A DNA stretch of 54,949 nucleotides, the filler included, from Catajapyx aquilonaris (lineage: Eukaryota), in NCBI GenBank assembly GCA_000934665.2. It is 3 parts of 3 records of this genome, joined end to end, with 100 filler letters (N's around TTAATTAATTAA, not from the genome) between each part and the next. Parts side by side here need not be neighbours in the genome. Positions count along the whole stretch, not along the records: positions 17,891 to 36,485 come from JYFJ02006869.1; 2 more parts are not named here. One strand, written 5' to 3'. A model generated the notes under the pieces. The model ran no database searches. It saw only the letters and a program-made list of their open reading frames with translations, and was not told the DNA's origin. The position numbers and the translations under genes are program-made. This document shows positions 25,001 to 36,585 of the stretch, one piece after another; the first letter of the stretch is position 1, and every line of letters begins with the position of its first letter.

Positions 25001-26731
25001 ACAATACAGCCTACGTTAGTGTTGGCCAGATATGGATTGGTGACGTGTATGCGAAAAACGGTGCACAAAATTTTCCACCTACGATCGTCCTTCAGTTTTT
25101 CGCCAATCACGCCCCAATGCCCTTTCCCTCTCCACACCCCCGCCCCCTTCTTCCTATACTTTTTTTTGTGCGCTTAATGTACACATATAGACGAGCATTA
25201 TGCAATGTAACGGAACTGTGCGCTTCCTCATTCACATTCGCTTTAAAATATCGTCGCCAATTTTTTTTCCTCTCTCTCTTCATACATACTGTACAAGGTT
25301 CGAGCCAGGTAAGCAGCGGAGAGAGAATGAGGTCGCCGCCATCTTGAACCACAAACCGAACCATCTGGACATGCCAACATATGGTAGCCGAAAGTGGACT
25401 CAACAATGGCCAAGAAACGGTGGTCCAGGTGGAACAACAATCCAGTCGGAAATAAGGAATACGATTTATCCGTCAATTTGGCCCGGAAATGGGCCGAAAC
25501 TCGATTCAAAAAAAGTCGGTGGAGTTATTGCAAATTTTTGGGTGTACTCGCGACCTAATATTAAATCTGAACAAAGTTTTAAAAATCGCAAAAAAAATTG
25601 TGTAGCCATTTACGATTTTTTTTTGTGCGTCTAAAGTAATGGTCCAAGTACCACAGAATACTGTACACCGTAAAAATTTGCAGACGGTCGAATTTTTTGG
25701 CGAATTTGCCGATTGCGTTTAAAATGTAGCGGTTTGCGAATTTTTAGGCAGTTTTAATCGTAAACAAAAAGGTAGGTAAGTTGGATCATCGAAAAATAAA
25801 GCTGTAGTGTATGCAATTTCATATTGCAAATTAAAAATGAATTTGGCAGTGTACCAACGGATCCGAAATGGTGCGAAAGTTTCAGCGTACTGTTTGCAAT
25901 TTTTTTTTTAAAGTGTAGTTGGCGACTTATTCGAGTTGAGGACCACAATCCAGCGAGTAATTATAGGAGTACGTGGCGGCCATTTTGGTGCCCTCGACCT
26001 GCTGGTAATTGCTCTTCGGCATGCGGTAATTGCTCGGCGGCAATCAGACTGCCCCAACCTGTGGTTCCCAACCCTCCCGCATTGTTGTCACCCTCAACAA
26101 TCGAACTGTTAAGCATACCTGCGGGCATGGGCGCTGCCCCTCTTCCTCCTCCTCCTCCCCCTCTCCCGCCTCCTTGGGCCTCGTTTGTTCCTTCCTTATC
26201 TTGTTTCCGGTGCAGGGCGGGCACAGGTCACAGCACTTCGCCCCGGGGCCAACTTTTATAAAAAATATATATATAAATATGTGCGTTTTGATTGTTGTCG
26301 AGTGTGTGTAGTGGAGGGACCTTCTTTCTGGCCCGGTGCTGAGCCAACTGACTGGTTCTCAAGGAGAGAGAGGCCAGGTTGGGAGAAAAAAAAAAGATAG
26401 TCACGTGACTCCTTCGGGGGTGGTTGGTTGGAGGGAAGGAGAAGTTTGCAAGGTGGAGGCTCCATTGGTGGGCACCGCGGCTTGACGACCTCTGACCTCG
26501 GACTAGACTGATGAGGAGGCGTTTCCGGGAAGGGCATAGGCGGCTGGTGGTGGTGGCGGGGGGGCTTCAAGGAGGCCTCGCCAATGACCATGGTCCTTTT
26601 GGAGGGTCCTCCACTTTGCAGAGGTCAACTCCCCATGGAGACCCCATAGGTGAAGGTCTTCTTACTTGAGAGGTAACATTCGAGGGGGTCAGTCGCTCGA
26701 TGTTATAATGCACGACGGAATTTCAACAGCA

Positions 26732-28440
26732 GGACTTCGTTAACTTTGTGCGAATTTCACTGGGACTTCAAGAACTTCTATCGGACTTCAAGGACTTCAC
26801 CTAGACTTCACTGGGACTTCATGAACTTTGTCCGGACTTCACTGGGACTTCAGAGACTTTGGTCGGACTTCATGAACTTTGTCCGGACTTCAATGGGACT
26901 TCAGACACTTTGGTCGGACTTCATAAACTTTGTCCGGACTTCACTGGGACTTCAGACACTTTGGTCGGACTTCATGAACTTTTTCCGGACTTCACTGGGA
27001 CTTCAGACACTTTGGTCGGACTTCATGAACTTTGTGTGGACTTCAATGGGACTTCAGAGACTCTGGTCGGACTTCATGAACTTTGTCCGGACTTCAATGG
27101 GACTTCAGGAACTTTGTCCGGACTTCATAAACTTTGTCCGGACTTCACTGGGACTTCAGACACTTTGGTCGGACTTCATGAACTTTTTCCGGACTTCACT
27201 GGGACTTCAGACACTTTGGTCGGACTTCATGAACTTTGTGTGGACTTCAATGGGACTTCAGAGACTCTGGTCGGACTTCATGAACTTTGTCCGGACTTCA
27301 ATGGGACTTCAGGAACTTTGTCCGGACTTCATAAACTTTGTCCGGACTTCACTGGGACTTCAGACACTTTGGTCGGACTTCATGAACTTTTTCCGGACTT
27401 CACTGGGACTTCAGACACTTTGGTCGGACTTCATGAACTTTGTGTGGACTTCAATGGGACTTCAGAGACTCTGGTCGGACTTCATGAACTTTGTCCGGAC
27501 TTCAATGGGACTTCAGGAACTTTGTCCGGACTTCATGAACTTTGTCCGGACTTCACTGGGACTTCAGACACTTTGGTCGGACTTCATGAACTTTTTCCGG
27601 ACTTCACTGGGACTTCAGACACTTTGGTCGGACTTCATGAACTTTGTGTGGACTTCAATGGGACTTCAGAGACTCTGGTCGGACTTCATGAACTTTGTCC
27701 GGACTTCAATGGGACTTCAGGAACTTTGTCCGGACTTCACTGGGACTTCATGAACTTTTTCCGGACTTCACTGGGACTTCAGACACTTTGGTCGGACTTC
27801 ATGAACTTTGTGCGGACTTCAATGGGACTTCAGAGACTTTGGTCGGACTTCATGAACTTTGTCCGGACTTCACTGGGACTTCAGACACTTTGGTCGGACT
27901 TCATGAACTTTGTCCGGACATCAATGGGACTTCAGAGACTTTGGTCGGACTTCATGAACTTTGTCAGGACTTCACTGGGACTTCAGACACTTTGGTCGGA
28001 CTTCATGAACTTTGTCCGGACTTCATTGGGCCTTCAAGGACTTCAGTCGAACTTCAGACATCAAGGACTTGAAGGACTTCGGACTTGACTCGGACTGCAA
28101 TGACTTCCCCTGGACTTCAAAGACTTCAGCTGCACTTCATGAACTTTTTCCGGACTTCAAAGACTTCTACCGGACTTCAAATAAGACTTGGGTCGGGCTT
28201 CATGAACTTCGTCCGGACTTCACTTGGACTTGAAGGACTTCAGACTTGAAGGACTTCGAACTTGACTCGGACTGATGCAATGACCTCACCTGGACTTCAA
28301 AGACTTCAGCTGGACTTCAGGAACTTTGTCCGGACTTCACTTGGGATTCAAGGACATCAGCCGGACTTCATGAACCTTGTTTGGACTTCAGCCGATCTTT
28401 ATGAACTTCAACCAAATTTGAGACTTCACTCGGACTTCAG
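26732..28440. repeat. GGACTTCA-based satellite with a 51-bp unit and 204-bp higher-order repeat
   Basis: Unit is 20+11+20 bp subunits, each starting GGACTTCA. The variant TCATAAAC recurs at 26921, 27125 and 27329. The array degenerates at both ends. Confidence 0.95.
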
Positions 28441-29356
28441 TATGCTGGTGGGTGTGCGAAGAACTTGATAAGTGACTAACACTCTCTGTAACACCATCAG
28501 AAATAATACAAATGGATCATCAAATGCGCAATAATATAAGCAAAATTCGCAATCACAGCCCTATCATGATTTGAAAATTTTGTTGCAAATTGGTCGATTC
28601 AAAAGACATGTGTCGCACGACCAAATTTGCGGCCAAATTGCAATAAACTCGTGGTATTTGGCAATTTTCTCTCGATCAGTTGTGGGGGCGTTGCAAAAAA
28701 CATGCGAATATTCAGTCGAAGCCGTAATTTTGCAAATATTTTCGCAACGTCCAGTGGAAAAGGCAGAATCGCGCAGCTCGCAACAATGCTTAATAACTGC
28801 ACTCTTTTTCTATGCGCAGTTACACAATGAAAAGTAATAACGACCTCGGATTAGCACACGTGCAAAAATTGGCCGCATGACGTCATGTAGCCAATGGCCT
28901 ACGGAAGATAGCACCGTTAATAATTAAAAAGCGGACACGCGATGATGAGATACACACAGAACTTATATTCCAGAAATCCAGAAAGGGCGTGCGGCCTTCT
29001 CACAGGATCGACCTTGCCATTTTTGCAAACGTGGGAATCAATTCGCGGGGGAAAAATATGTGGATGTTGCAAAAACGTGCGAATGACTGTCCCTCTCAGT
29101 CTGGCAGGCTCGTCTCTATATAAAAAAATATTACCGCGATAATTACACGCTAAATCGCAAAAAAAAAATGCGAAATATCTCGCGGTCTGCTCTAAACCGT
29201 TTTCGAGGTCGTGTGACATTTGCAAAACCGCGTTTCCCAATCATTTTGGCAATATCCAGGAAGCTGCAATTTTACTGCATCTCTTTTTGTACAGTGCTCG
29301 ACTGTACCGTATACTTCACATAGATGGCGCACACTGCCACTCTCAGGGTAGTGGTA

Positions 29357-29518
29357 CAGTACTGGCCAATAATCGAGGCAACGACTAGCGACATTTTCCC
29401 GAAGCGGCAGAAGAAGGAATCTTGCTCGCCCGGCTTGTAACATGCTTATCTTCGATTCCTTCTTCTGCCGCTTCGGGAAAATGTCGCTAGTCGTTGCCTC
29501 GATTATTGGCCAGTACTG
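29357..29518. mobile_element. Young Tc1/mariner-type MITE with 65-bp perfect TIRs
   Basis: TA|CAGTACTGGCCAATAATCGAGG...CCTCGATTATTGGCCAGTACTG|TA with a 32-bp loop. Confidence 0.9.
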
Positions 29519-30354
29519 TACTACAGCTGATGACTCGCCGCGGACAGACTGGACCCAATTCTATTATACGTAATAAAGAGCACTAATAATTGCAACAAGC
29601 TTTGAATATTATTAGGCTCGAAGGGCATTATCCGAAACGGAAACTTCCTCTCTCAACAAGTAAGGTCGTCAGGGTGCGGTTCAATAATTCCTGATATGCA
29701 TTACCGGGTGTCACAGAATTCAGCTCTCATGCATCTGAATGCCCGACTCCCCTACAAGGTTTTACAGAGGATAATAAGCCGACACTACCTACATCAGGTA
29801 GTAATATTCTGATGACCACTAAAGTGTAACTACTATAGAAAATAGGCAGCTTATAGTGCAACCTGAGTGAAACGTTGACTATACAGAAACATATTACGCT
29901 GGACAAAACACGATAAGTGTAGCGCTGAAGGAAGGGGGCCAATATATATTTATTTTTTCCTTTTAGTCTCTTCGCCGCTACAGTACTACAGTTTTGCATC
30001 GTGACAAGTGCAGCCTATCTGGTGTACGACATCCCGTTTTTTGTCGTGTCCGTCCCTGACCTGCTGCTGTTTGACGCATATGATCCCGTAACTCTCTTAT
30101 ACATGTTGCAATCCGCTCGGGGTATAAGGCAGTGACCTCCTCCGCTGGAAAGGGGGGGAACACTACTTGAAGAGGGTGTAACGTACTGTACGGTGCGCGT
30201 ATGACCTTGTGACGTCATCAAAGACCACACCCAACCAACCTGCCCTCACATACATAACATGTAGGGGAGCATGCTCGGGGAGGGGGAAGGGACGATGTAC
30301 AACGCCCGATATACAATGTCCGCTTTCAGTTCGCCATTTTTAATCTCCTCCATT

Positions 30355-31050
30355 TAAGCTGGTTATTTAGGCAGTTAAATGCTAGCTATTTAAAGAATTA
30401 AATTCTGGTTATTTTAACAGTTTAACATTGGCTATTTCAAGTAGTTAAATGAGTTACTTTAACAGTGGAGGGGAAGTAAAGCCGTCGGTCCCGTGTGCTT
30501 GTGACATTGCGCGAGTGCACGTTAAAGATCCCCAGAGTGGCAAAATTTCCAGGAGGAGGACCATCCCCTGGCGTCCGTCGGTGTTGAGCCTTTTTATAGA
30601 GGCAGAAATAGGCCGACGTTAAGCCCCACTGAACCCAGTTAAATCCTGGTTATTTGAGCAGCTAAATTCTATAGTTACTACAAGCAGTTAAATATTGATT
30701 ATTTCACGCAGCTAAATTCCGACTATTTTAAGCAGTTAAATATTGGCCATTTTAAGCAGTTATATGCTAATTATTATTATTAAGCAGTTAAATATTGGCT
30801 ATTTTAAGCAGTTATATACTAATTATTATTATTATTAAGCAGTTAAATATTGGCTATTTTAAGCAGTTATATGCTAGTTATTTTTATTAAGCAGTTAAAT
30901 TCTACTTATTGTAAGCAGTTGAATTCTAGCAAGATTCTAGTGATTTAAGCAGTTAAATATTAGTCACGTTGACCAGTTGAATTGTGGCTATTTTAAGCAG
31001 TTGCATTCTGGCTATTGCAAGCAGTTACTGGTTATATAAAGCGACTAGAT
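30355..31050. repeat. Degenerate minisatellite of about 24 bp (GCTATTTTAAGCAGTTAAATATTG)
   Basis: Recurrent AAGCAGTTAAAT core; interrupted by a SINE fragment. Confidence 0.85.
30467..30632 (+). mobile_element. 5'-truncated SINE, family 4 (Deu/Nin-like core)
   Basis: Near-identical to the 3' part of the full copy at 43500-43772. Confidence 0.8.
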
Positions 31051-31864
31051 TTGAGCTGTTATTTGATATTTAATGCGAAAGTGAACCTCTTGCCAAGTTT
31101 TGGCATGGAGTACCGCATCCCTCACATAGATAGCGCGTCATCCATCTCTGCGCACTATTGCCACTCTCAGGGTACATGCACCTATAGGGGATCGGAGATG
31201 ATTGACTCACCCCGGACAGATGCACAGAGCAAGCCAATTCTATACAATGATGATTTATTAATTTATTTACTTAGAACCCCTGTTGTAAGGCCAAATAAGT
31301 CGTAAGGTAATACGATGAAGCTGCGCAGTAGCGGATGTAATAAAACGGGCGCATTATTAAAATTTACTACATAAGTGTACTGACAAACATACAGTGAACA
31401 CCAGCAATAACAATTGCAGAGGTGCGCAAGATGCAATAAATGGTGCGCGGCTTCTGGTTGGCTGATGCGTGGGAGTGGCAGCATATGTACGGTGGTCGTA
31501 AATGAAAGTGAGTCGCCTGATATTGCGGAGAAAGGCATCAAGTACTAATGCCGACGAGAAGAAGGGAATAGCTATAGAGTAATAAGAGACAATGTAGCAA
31601 CAAGTCAAGTTTATTGGAGGGCATCGGAAGGTGAATCGTTACTCATTATTGTGGCAGCAGCTCACTCTGTTGTTTACAGCGCCATATAAACCGGAAGTTT
31701 GCTCACATAATCATATTTACGCAAGGGATGACTCAAATATAAACGTCGCCATCAACCTCAAGGTTCTGTCACTTCTGTCACTTTCCCATAATAAGCAACT
31801 TTTTAAATGTATAAGGTTAACTTTGATTTAAAAACTAGTGGTAAAACTGCCCCGACTGTCCAAA

Positions 31865-32005
31865 AGTACCGAATCATTACCACAGATGGCGCATCCTCCC
31901 TCTCTGAACACTGCTGCCACTCAGGTTCATGCGGTGGGAAGTGATGGTACTACATGCACCTAGCTGATGATGACTCACCCCGGACAACAAAGCCACAGAG
32001 GCACA
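31865..32005 (+). mobile_element. Representative copy of dispersed repeat family D (CTCF-like plus AP-1 motifs)
   Basis: Shared core CCCTCTCTGCACACTACTGCCACTCTCAGG...TACTACATGCAC...GATGA(C/G)TCA found at ten or more sites. Confidence 0.7.
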
Positions 32006-33107
32006 AACTTTTTGTTCATTTCATTCATACATCGACTTATTCTATCTATTAAGACTTAGAAAAACCACTTGTTTCTAGGCCTGCGGTCTGCGGTGGTGGA
32101 GGCCATATTGTTAATCGCTTCGTCGTGTGTGTGTGGGGGGGGCGAAGTATACCCAGCGAACGATAGTTCTTCCTCCCACCCACCAGAGGCGCTGTCACCA
32201 CCCACTGCGCATGCGTAGAACGCGGGCCAATCGGAAGCGTCGCGGTAACAATATGGGCCCGGACCAATCAGAAGGCGTATACATACACGCCAACTACGAA
32301 TATTAATATTTTCAATTAAATTGACGAATAATTACTATATTGTTATCCAACCAGTGATGTTCAATCGTTGTAATGGACGAGTCGTCCATGGCTCTGGATT
32401 ACAGAGATGAAATAAAATAGCAAATATTTTCGTTTAACCCACTGTCAGGGTGCGGATTGTTGTTGTTGTTGTTGTTGTTGTTACGATTCTAGCCAACTTC
32501 CATGCGCTGACTCCTACGCGATGAGTGTGCCAATATTTCGATATCTGCGGAGGAAACCATAGTGACGTGGTCAAATCGCAATTTGGCAAAAACCAGAGAT
32601 AAACCGGATATGACATGCACTGCAAATTCGGTGCATATACACACTATATGTACTGTCATCAACAACAACACCTAGAGCAGCATACAAACAAAACGGCTAT
32701 AACGACAGGAAGTTGGGTGCAACCCATGGTCTGATAAATCTGAGGTTTAGGCCCCGCGCAGATAATGGGAAAAAATAAAGCTGGGAGTGAACCAAATCTG
32801 AACGGTCCAGATGATGCTGCAGAAACGAGATAATAGTCCACACCGATGCTGCTGGGATACTATGCAGATAGTGGTGTGCTACACGCATCAATTATTATTA
32901 TTTTTCATTGTTAATGATTCTTTCCTTACATGTACGTATTGAAAGAAAAACAAGGATAAAATGTGAATGGGGGAAAAAACAACAGCAACCGCACTTTATT
33001 GCGAAATAATTCAGACGCAATTTAACCGGGAAACTTTGAAAGCCTCACTTGTCCCAGCCCGTTTAACCCCCGACCCCNTTTAGTAAATGGCAAAAATGCG
33101 CACTGAA

Positions 33108-33435
33108 GCATAATGAGAAATTGTTGACCCCTGAAATGGCCAATTTGACTTCAAAGGTCATGAGGTCACCTACAGGGTCACCAACCTCACTCGGCACAGC
33201 CTTATTAAAAATACCCGCGTCTTGTTTTATTATTACAATAAGTAAAATTAATAAATTAGGCAGAATTGTGCGGGGAAAAACTCATAATAATAAGGTTTAA
33301 AAGCGATTGTTGACCCCTAAAATGGTGCATTCGACCTCCGATAGGTCATGAGGTCACCAAACAGGGTCACCGACCGAATTAATCACAGCCGTTTAAAAAA
33401 AATACCCGCGCCGTGTTCTATTAATTACAATTAAT
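33108..33435. repeat. Diverged tandem duplication of about 188 bp containing AGGTCA-TG-AGGTCA; partial third copy at about 34468-34522
   Basis: TTGTTGACCCCT.AAATGG...AGGTCATGAGGTCACC.ACAGGGTCACC...AAAATACCCGCG occurs twice. Confidence 0.8.
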
Positions 33436-33977
33436 CACACGTATATACATAACGTGAAGTTTGTCGGTTTGTCCCCTTCCCCCCCTACCTCCTCCTCCCT
33501 TCTACCTCCCATACCAACAAGGTTACCATGGCGACTGTTTTCCATGGCAACGACCTGGGTTACCGAATGGCGGGTTACCATTAGTCGTACGAACGTTTCC
33601 CGTGCGAAGAACGGGGTCTCCTGCTATACGTACAGGTGATTTTTATAAAATGGGCGCAACCGAGTGCGCAACACAGTTCGCGCATATTGTTTCCAACACT
33701 AAAATCTCGAGGGGGTAACGGTATATTGCTCGACTTTTTGCGATGTTGCCAAGGCTCTCTGGAGCAAACCTTAGAGGCTACCTGATCAGTAAATGTGGCA
33801 ACGTTGTTGTCGGTACAATAGACTTGCGCGAGTGTGGATGCGCACTCGGTTGTGTTCGTTAAAATTTTTGTGTAATATAACATTTTCGTTGATTTTGGCA
33901 GAAAATGTTCCGCATTCACTAGTGATACAAATTGATAAGGTTTAAAAGCGATTGTTGGCTCCTAAACTACGTTGAAT

Positions 33978-34341
33978 CAGGGAGCAGATACTACATAAGA
34001 GGCGCAAACTTCGGTCAGCACAATCGATTTCCGCGTCTCTCTGTTTGGGGCCATTGCCAAGGCTGGCGACCATTTTGCAGTGGGGGCAACGCCAACGAGG
34101 TATAAATAGGGTACAGGCAGGGTAAAGGTCCGCCATCTTTGATGGTTTTGGCGGCCATGGCAACTACACGGCAAGAACACGCGCGAATCAAAGATGGCGG
34201 ACCCTATTTTTGCCTGTACCCTATTTACACCTCGTTGGAATTGCCCCCACTTCAAAATGGCCGCCAGCCTTGGCAACGGCCCCAAACAGAGAGACGCGGA
34301 AATCGAATGCCTTGCGCCTCTTATGTAGTATATGCTCCCTG
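33978..34341. mobile_element. Foldback MITE with 7-bp TSD (P/Galileo-like), copy 2, opposite orientation
   Basis: Same TIRs as copy 1; TSD GTTGAAT at 33971-33977 and 34342-34348. Confidence 0.85.
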
Positions 34342-34894
34342 GTTGAATGGACTTGCGCGAGTGTGGATGCGCACTCGGTTGCGTTCGTTAAAAAAATGGT
34401 CGATTTTGGCAGAAATGTTCCGCATTCACTACTAGTGGCTAGTGAAACAAATTGATTTGAAAATGTCAAAGTGATTGTTGGCTCCTGAAATGGCGACCTG
34501 TCGAGGTCATGAGGTCACCTACCATTGACCCCGTGGTTAATGGAGCACACCATGCGTACCCAGCAGCGAAACATTTTTCTTCTAGTTGATTGATGTGGGT
34601 CTGCGGGTGGTAAAGTGGTTCTCTGAGTAGATGTGGGGAGGGGATGGACGGAATTAAACCTACACGGTGTGCCGGTTGGGTCGACGCCAGGCGTCGAGGG
34701 GCGTCACTCTTCTGGACAGAGGAAGTGGGTCGTGAGTTAGGGAGAGAGAGAGAGATTAGTGGCCTTCCCCACCCCCAGTCTCTCTCACACAAAAACACGG
34801 CCTATCTGCTTCCGGTGGTTTCGGTTGGTGCTGGTGGTGGTGGTGGTGGACACGCGGCTTTTCTCCTCTTGCTTATTGTTGTCCGCGGGCGGCG

Positions 34895-35066
34895 ATGGAG
34901 GCCTGCTGGTTGCTTATTGTCGCTTTCGGTTCACTGTTGGGCAGTCTGGCCCAGCAGGTGGACTTCAGGTACCACGGGTACCAGGAGATGGGCCGGATGA
35001 TGAGGGAGATTGCGGACCAGCATCCCAACAGGACCAGCCTGCACTCCATTGGGAGGTCCGTCCAAG
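34895..35066 (+). CDS. M14B metallocarboxypeptidase (CPM/CPD-like), coding exon 1 with signal peptide
   Basis: Hydrophobic leader MEACWLLIVAFGSLLGSLA followed by DFRYHGYQEM...LHSIGRSVQG, typical of the CPM/CPD N-terminus. Donor G|GTATAT, phase 1. Confidence 0.9.
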
Positions 35067-35203
35067 GTATATATGGGATTTGTTTGCTCCAGCAACCACT
35101 TTTTTAAATAATTTTAAAAAATCAGTTCAAAAGCTGGTTGAGGGAATATAGTGGGCCCGGTTCGGATCGGGTCCAGTTTCCTTCAGGTGTGTCCCATCAA
35201 CAG

Positions 35204-35337
35204 GTCGTGAGCTGTGGGTGCTGGAGTTGGGCGACCCTCCCAGGGACACGGGTGACCTCCGACCCAACGTGAAGCTGGTGGCCAACATGCATGGCAACGA
35301 GGGGCTCGGACGGGAACTCCTGCTTCATCTGGCGCAG
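35204..35337 (+). CDS. M14B metallocarboxypeptidase, coding exon 2 (RELWVLELG...PNVKLVANMHGNEGLGRELLLHLAQ)
   Basis: Zinc-binding HxxE motif in the family signature K.VANMHGNE..GRELLL. CAACAG acceptor is in phase with exon 1; CAG|GT donor. Later exons were not found in the window. Confidence 0.92.
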
Positions 35338-35893
35338 GTCATTATTAGTATAATAATCGTACAGTACTTCGGAAGTGGTTTAGGTAGCCCGGACATACAT
35401 ATCGACGAACTTTCTCATTTATATGTAATTATGTAAGATGATGTAAAACATAATTGGCTACAGGCGTGACTTGTCCCTACAAACGCGTTGACTCATCACC
35501 TAGGTGCATGTAGTTACAGTAGTGACCACGTAGAGTCGGGAGGATGCGCGCCATCTGTCAGTGGCATATCGTACTACGTCCAAGCGGGCCTGGAAGTGTT
35601 GCCAACGGGTTCACTACTAGTGTTATAGATTTAAAAAAATTTAACGATCACAACCGAGTGCGCACCCACATTAGCGCAACTCCAACAACGTTGCAAGAGT
35701 TACTGCCCAGAAGGCTACAACGCCAAAACCTCGGCAACGTCGCAAACGTCGGCCATTTAGTCCCCGCCTAGCGTGCGACGGTAGCGTTAGAAATAAGTGC
35801 AGCACACTCACTATGCAGCTGTCATTGATAATTCCAACCGTGCAAGCTGCGCGAACTGTGGTGCGCACTAGGTCGCGCTCGCTAAAAAAAAAC

Positions 35894-36052
35894 CCGGTGT
35901 TCCAAGTATCCGGGTCACTTTTGGATAACTGCTATCCCCCGATAGCAGTTATTTTTGTACCATAACCACGTTAGCGGCACAAGCTACAAAAAATAACTGC
36001 TATCGGGGGGTAGCAGTTATCCAAAAGTGGCCCAGATACTTGGAACACCCTG
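35894..36052. mobile_element. Tc1/mariner-type hairpin MITE in carboxypeptidase intron 2; diverged relative at about 38755-38982
   Basis: GGTGTTCCAAGTATC...GATACTTGGAACACCCTG|TA, with internal ATAACTGCTA..TAGCAGTTAT palindromes. Confidence 0.75.
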
Positions 36053-36248
36053 TACCGAATTCACAATCCGTGACTCAATCCCATAAATAAGCTGACTCAT
36101 CACCTAGTTAGTAGTTGCCAGCGCTTTCACTTTCTCCGGTAGGGCCCTGGTGGACTTTGTCCGAGCAGTGACTCATCACCAACGTGCATGTAGTACTACT
36201 TTCGCCCTGAGAGTGGCAGGAGTGTGGAGAGGGAGAGCATCGTGCTAC

Positions 36249-36485
36249 CAGGGAGCATAATTATACTACATAAGAGGCGCAAACATTCGATTTCCGCGTC
36301 TCTCGTCTGTTTGGGGCGTTGCCAAGGCTGGCGGCCATTTTGAAGTGTGGGGAACGCCAACGAGGTATAAATAGGGTGCAGGCAAAAACAGGGTCCGCCA
36401 TCTTTGATTCGCGCGTGTAGTTGCCATGGCCGCCAAAACCATCAAAGATGGCGGCCCATATTTTTGCCTGTACCCTATTTATACC
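36249..36485. mobile_element. P/Galileo-like MITE, copy 3, cut by the assembly linker
   Basis: Starts CAGGGAGCATAAT and is colinear with copy 1 up to the gap. Confidence 0.8.
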
Positions 36486-36585
36486 NNNNNNNNNNNNNNN
36501 NNNNNNNNNNNNNNNNNNNNNNNNNNNNNTTAATTAATTAANNNNNNNNNNNNNNNNNNNNNNNNNNNNNNNNNNNNNNNNNNNN
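36486..36585. other. Artificial assembly linker N44-TTAATTAATTAA-N44
   Basis: Same layout as 17791-17890. Confidence 0.95.

Noticed and set aside
26746..28088. 335-aa and 409-aa ORFs as genes
   Set aside because: They arise from a 51-bp unit lacking stops in two frames. Both listed starts are non-ATG, there is no unique domain, and the frames swap at an indel.
26732..28440. CRISPR-like repeat-spacer array
   Set aside because: The repeat is only 8 bp, spacers recur periodically rather than being unique, there are no cas genes, and the context is eukaryotic.
35184..35187. CTTCAG as the acceptor for carboxypeptidase exon 2
   Set aside because: It lies 17 nt upstream of the in-frame acceptor and would shift the frame off GRELWV.
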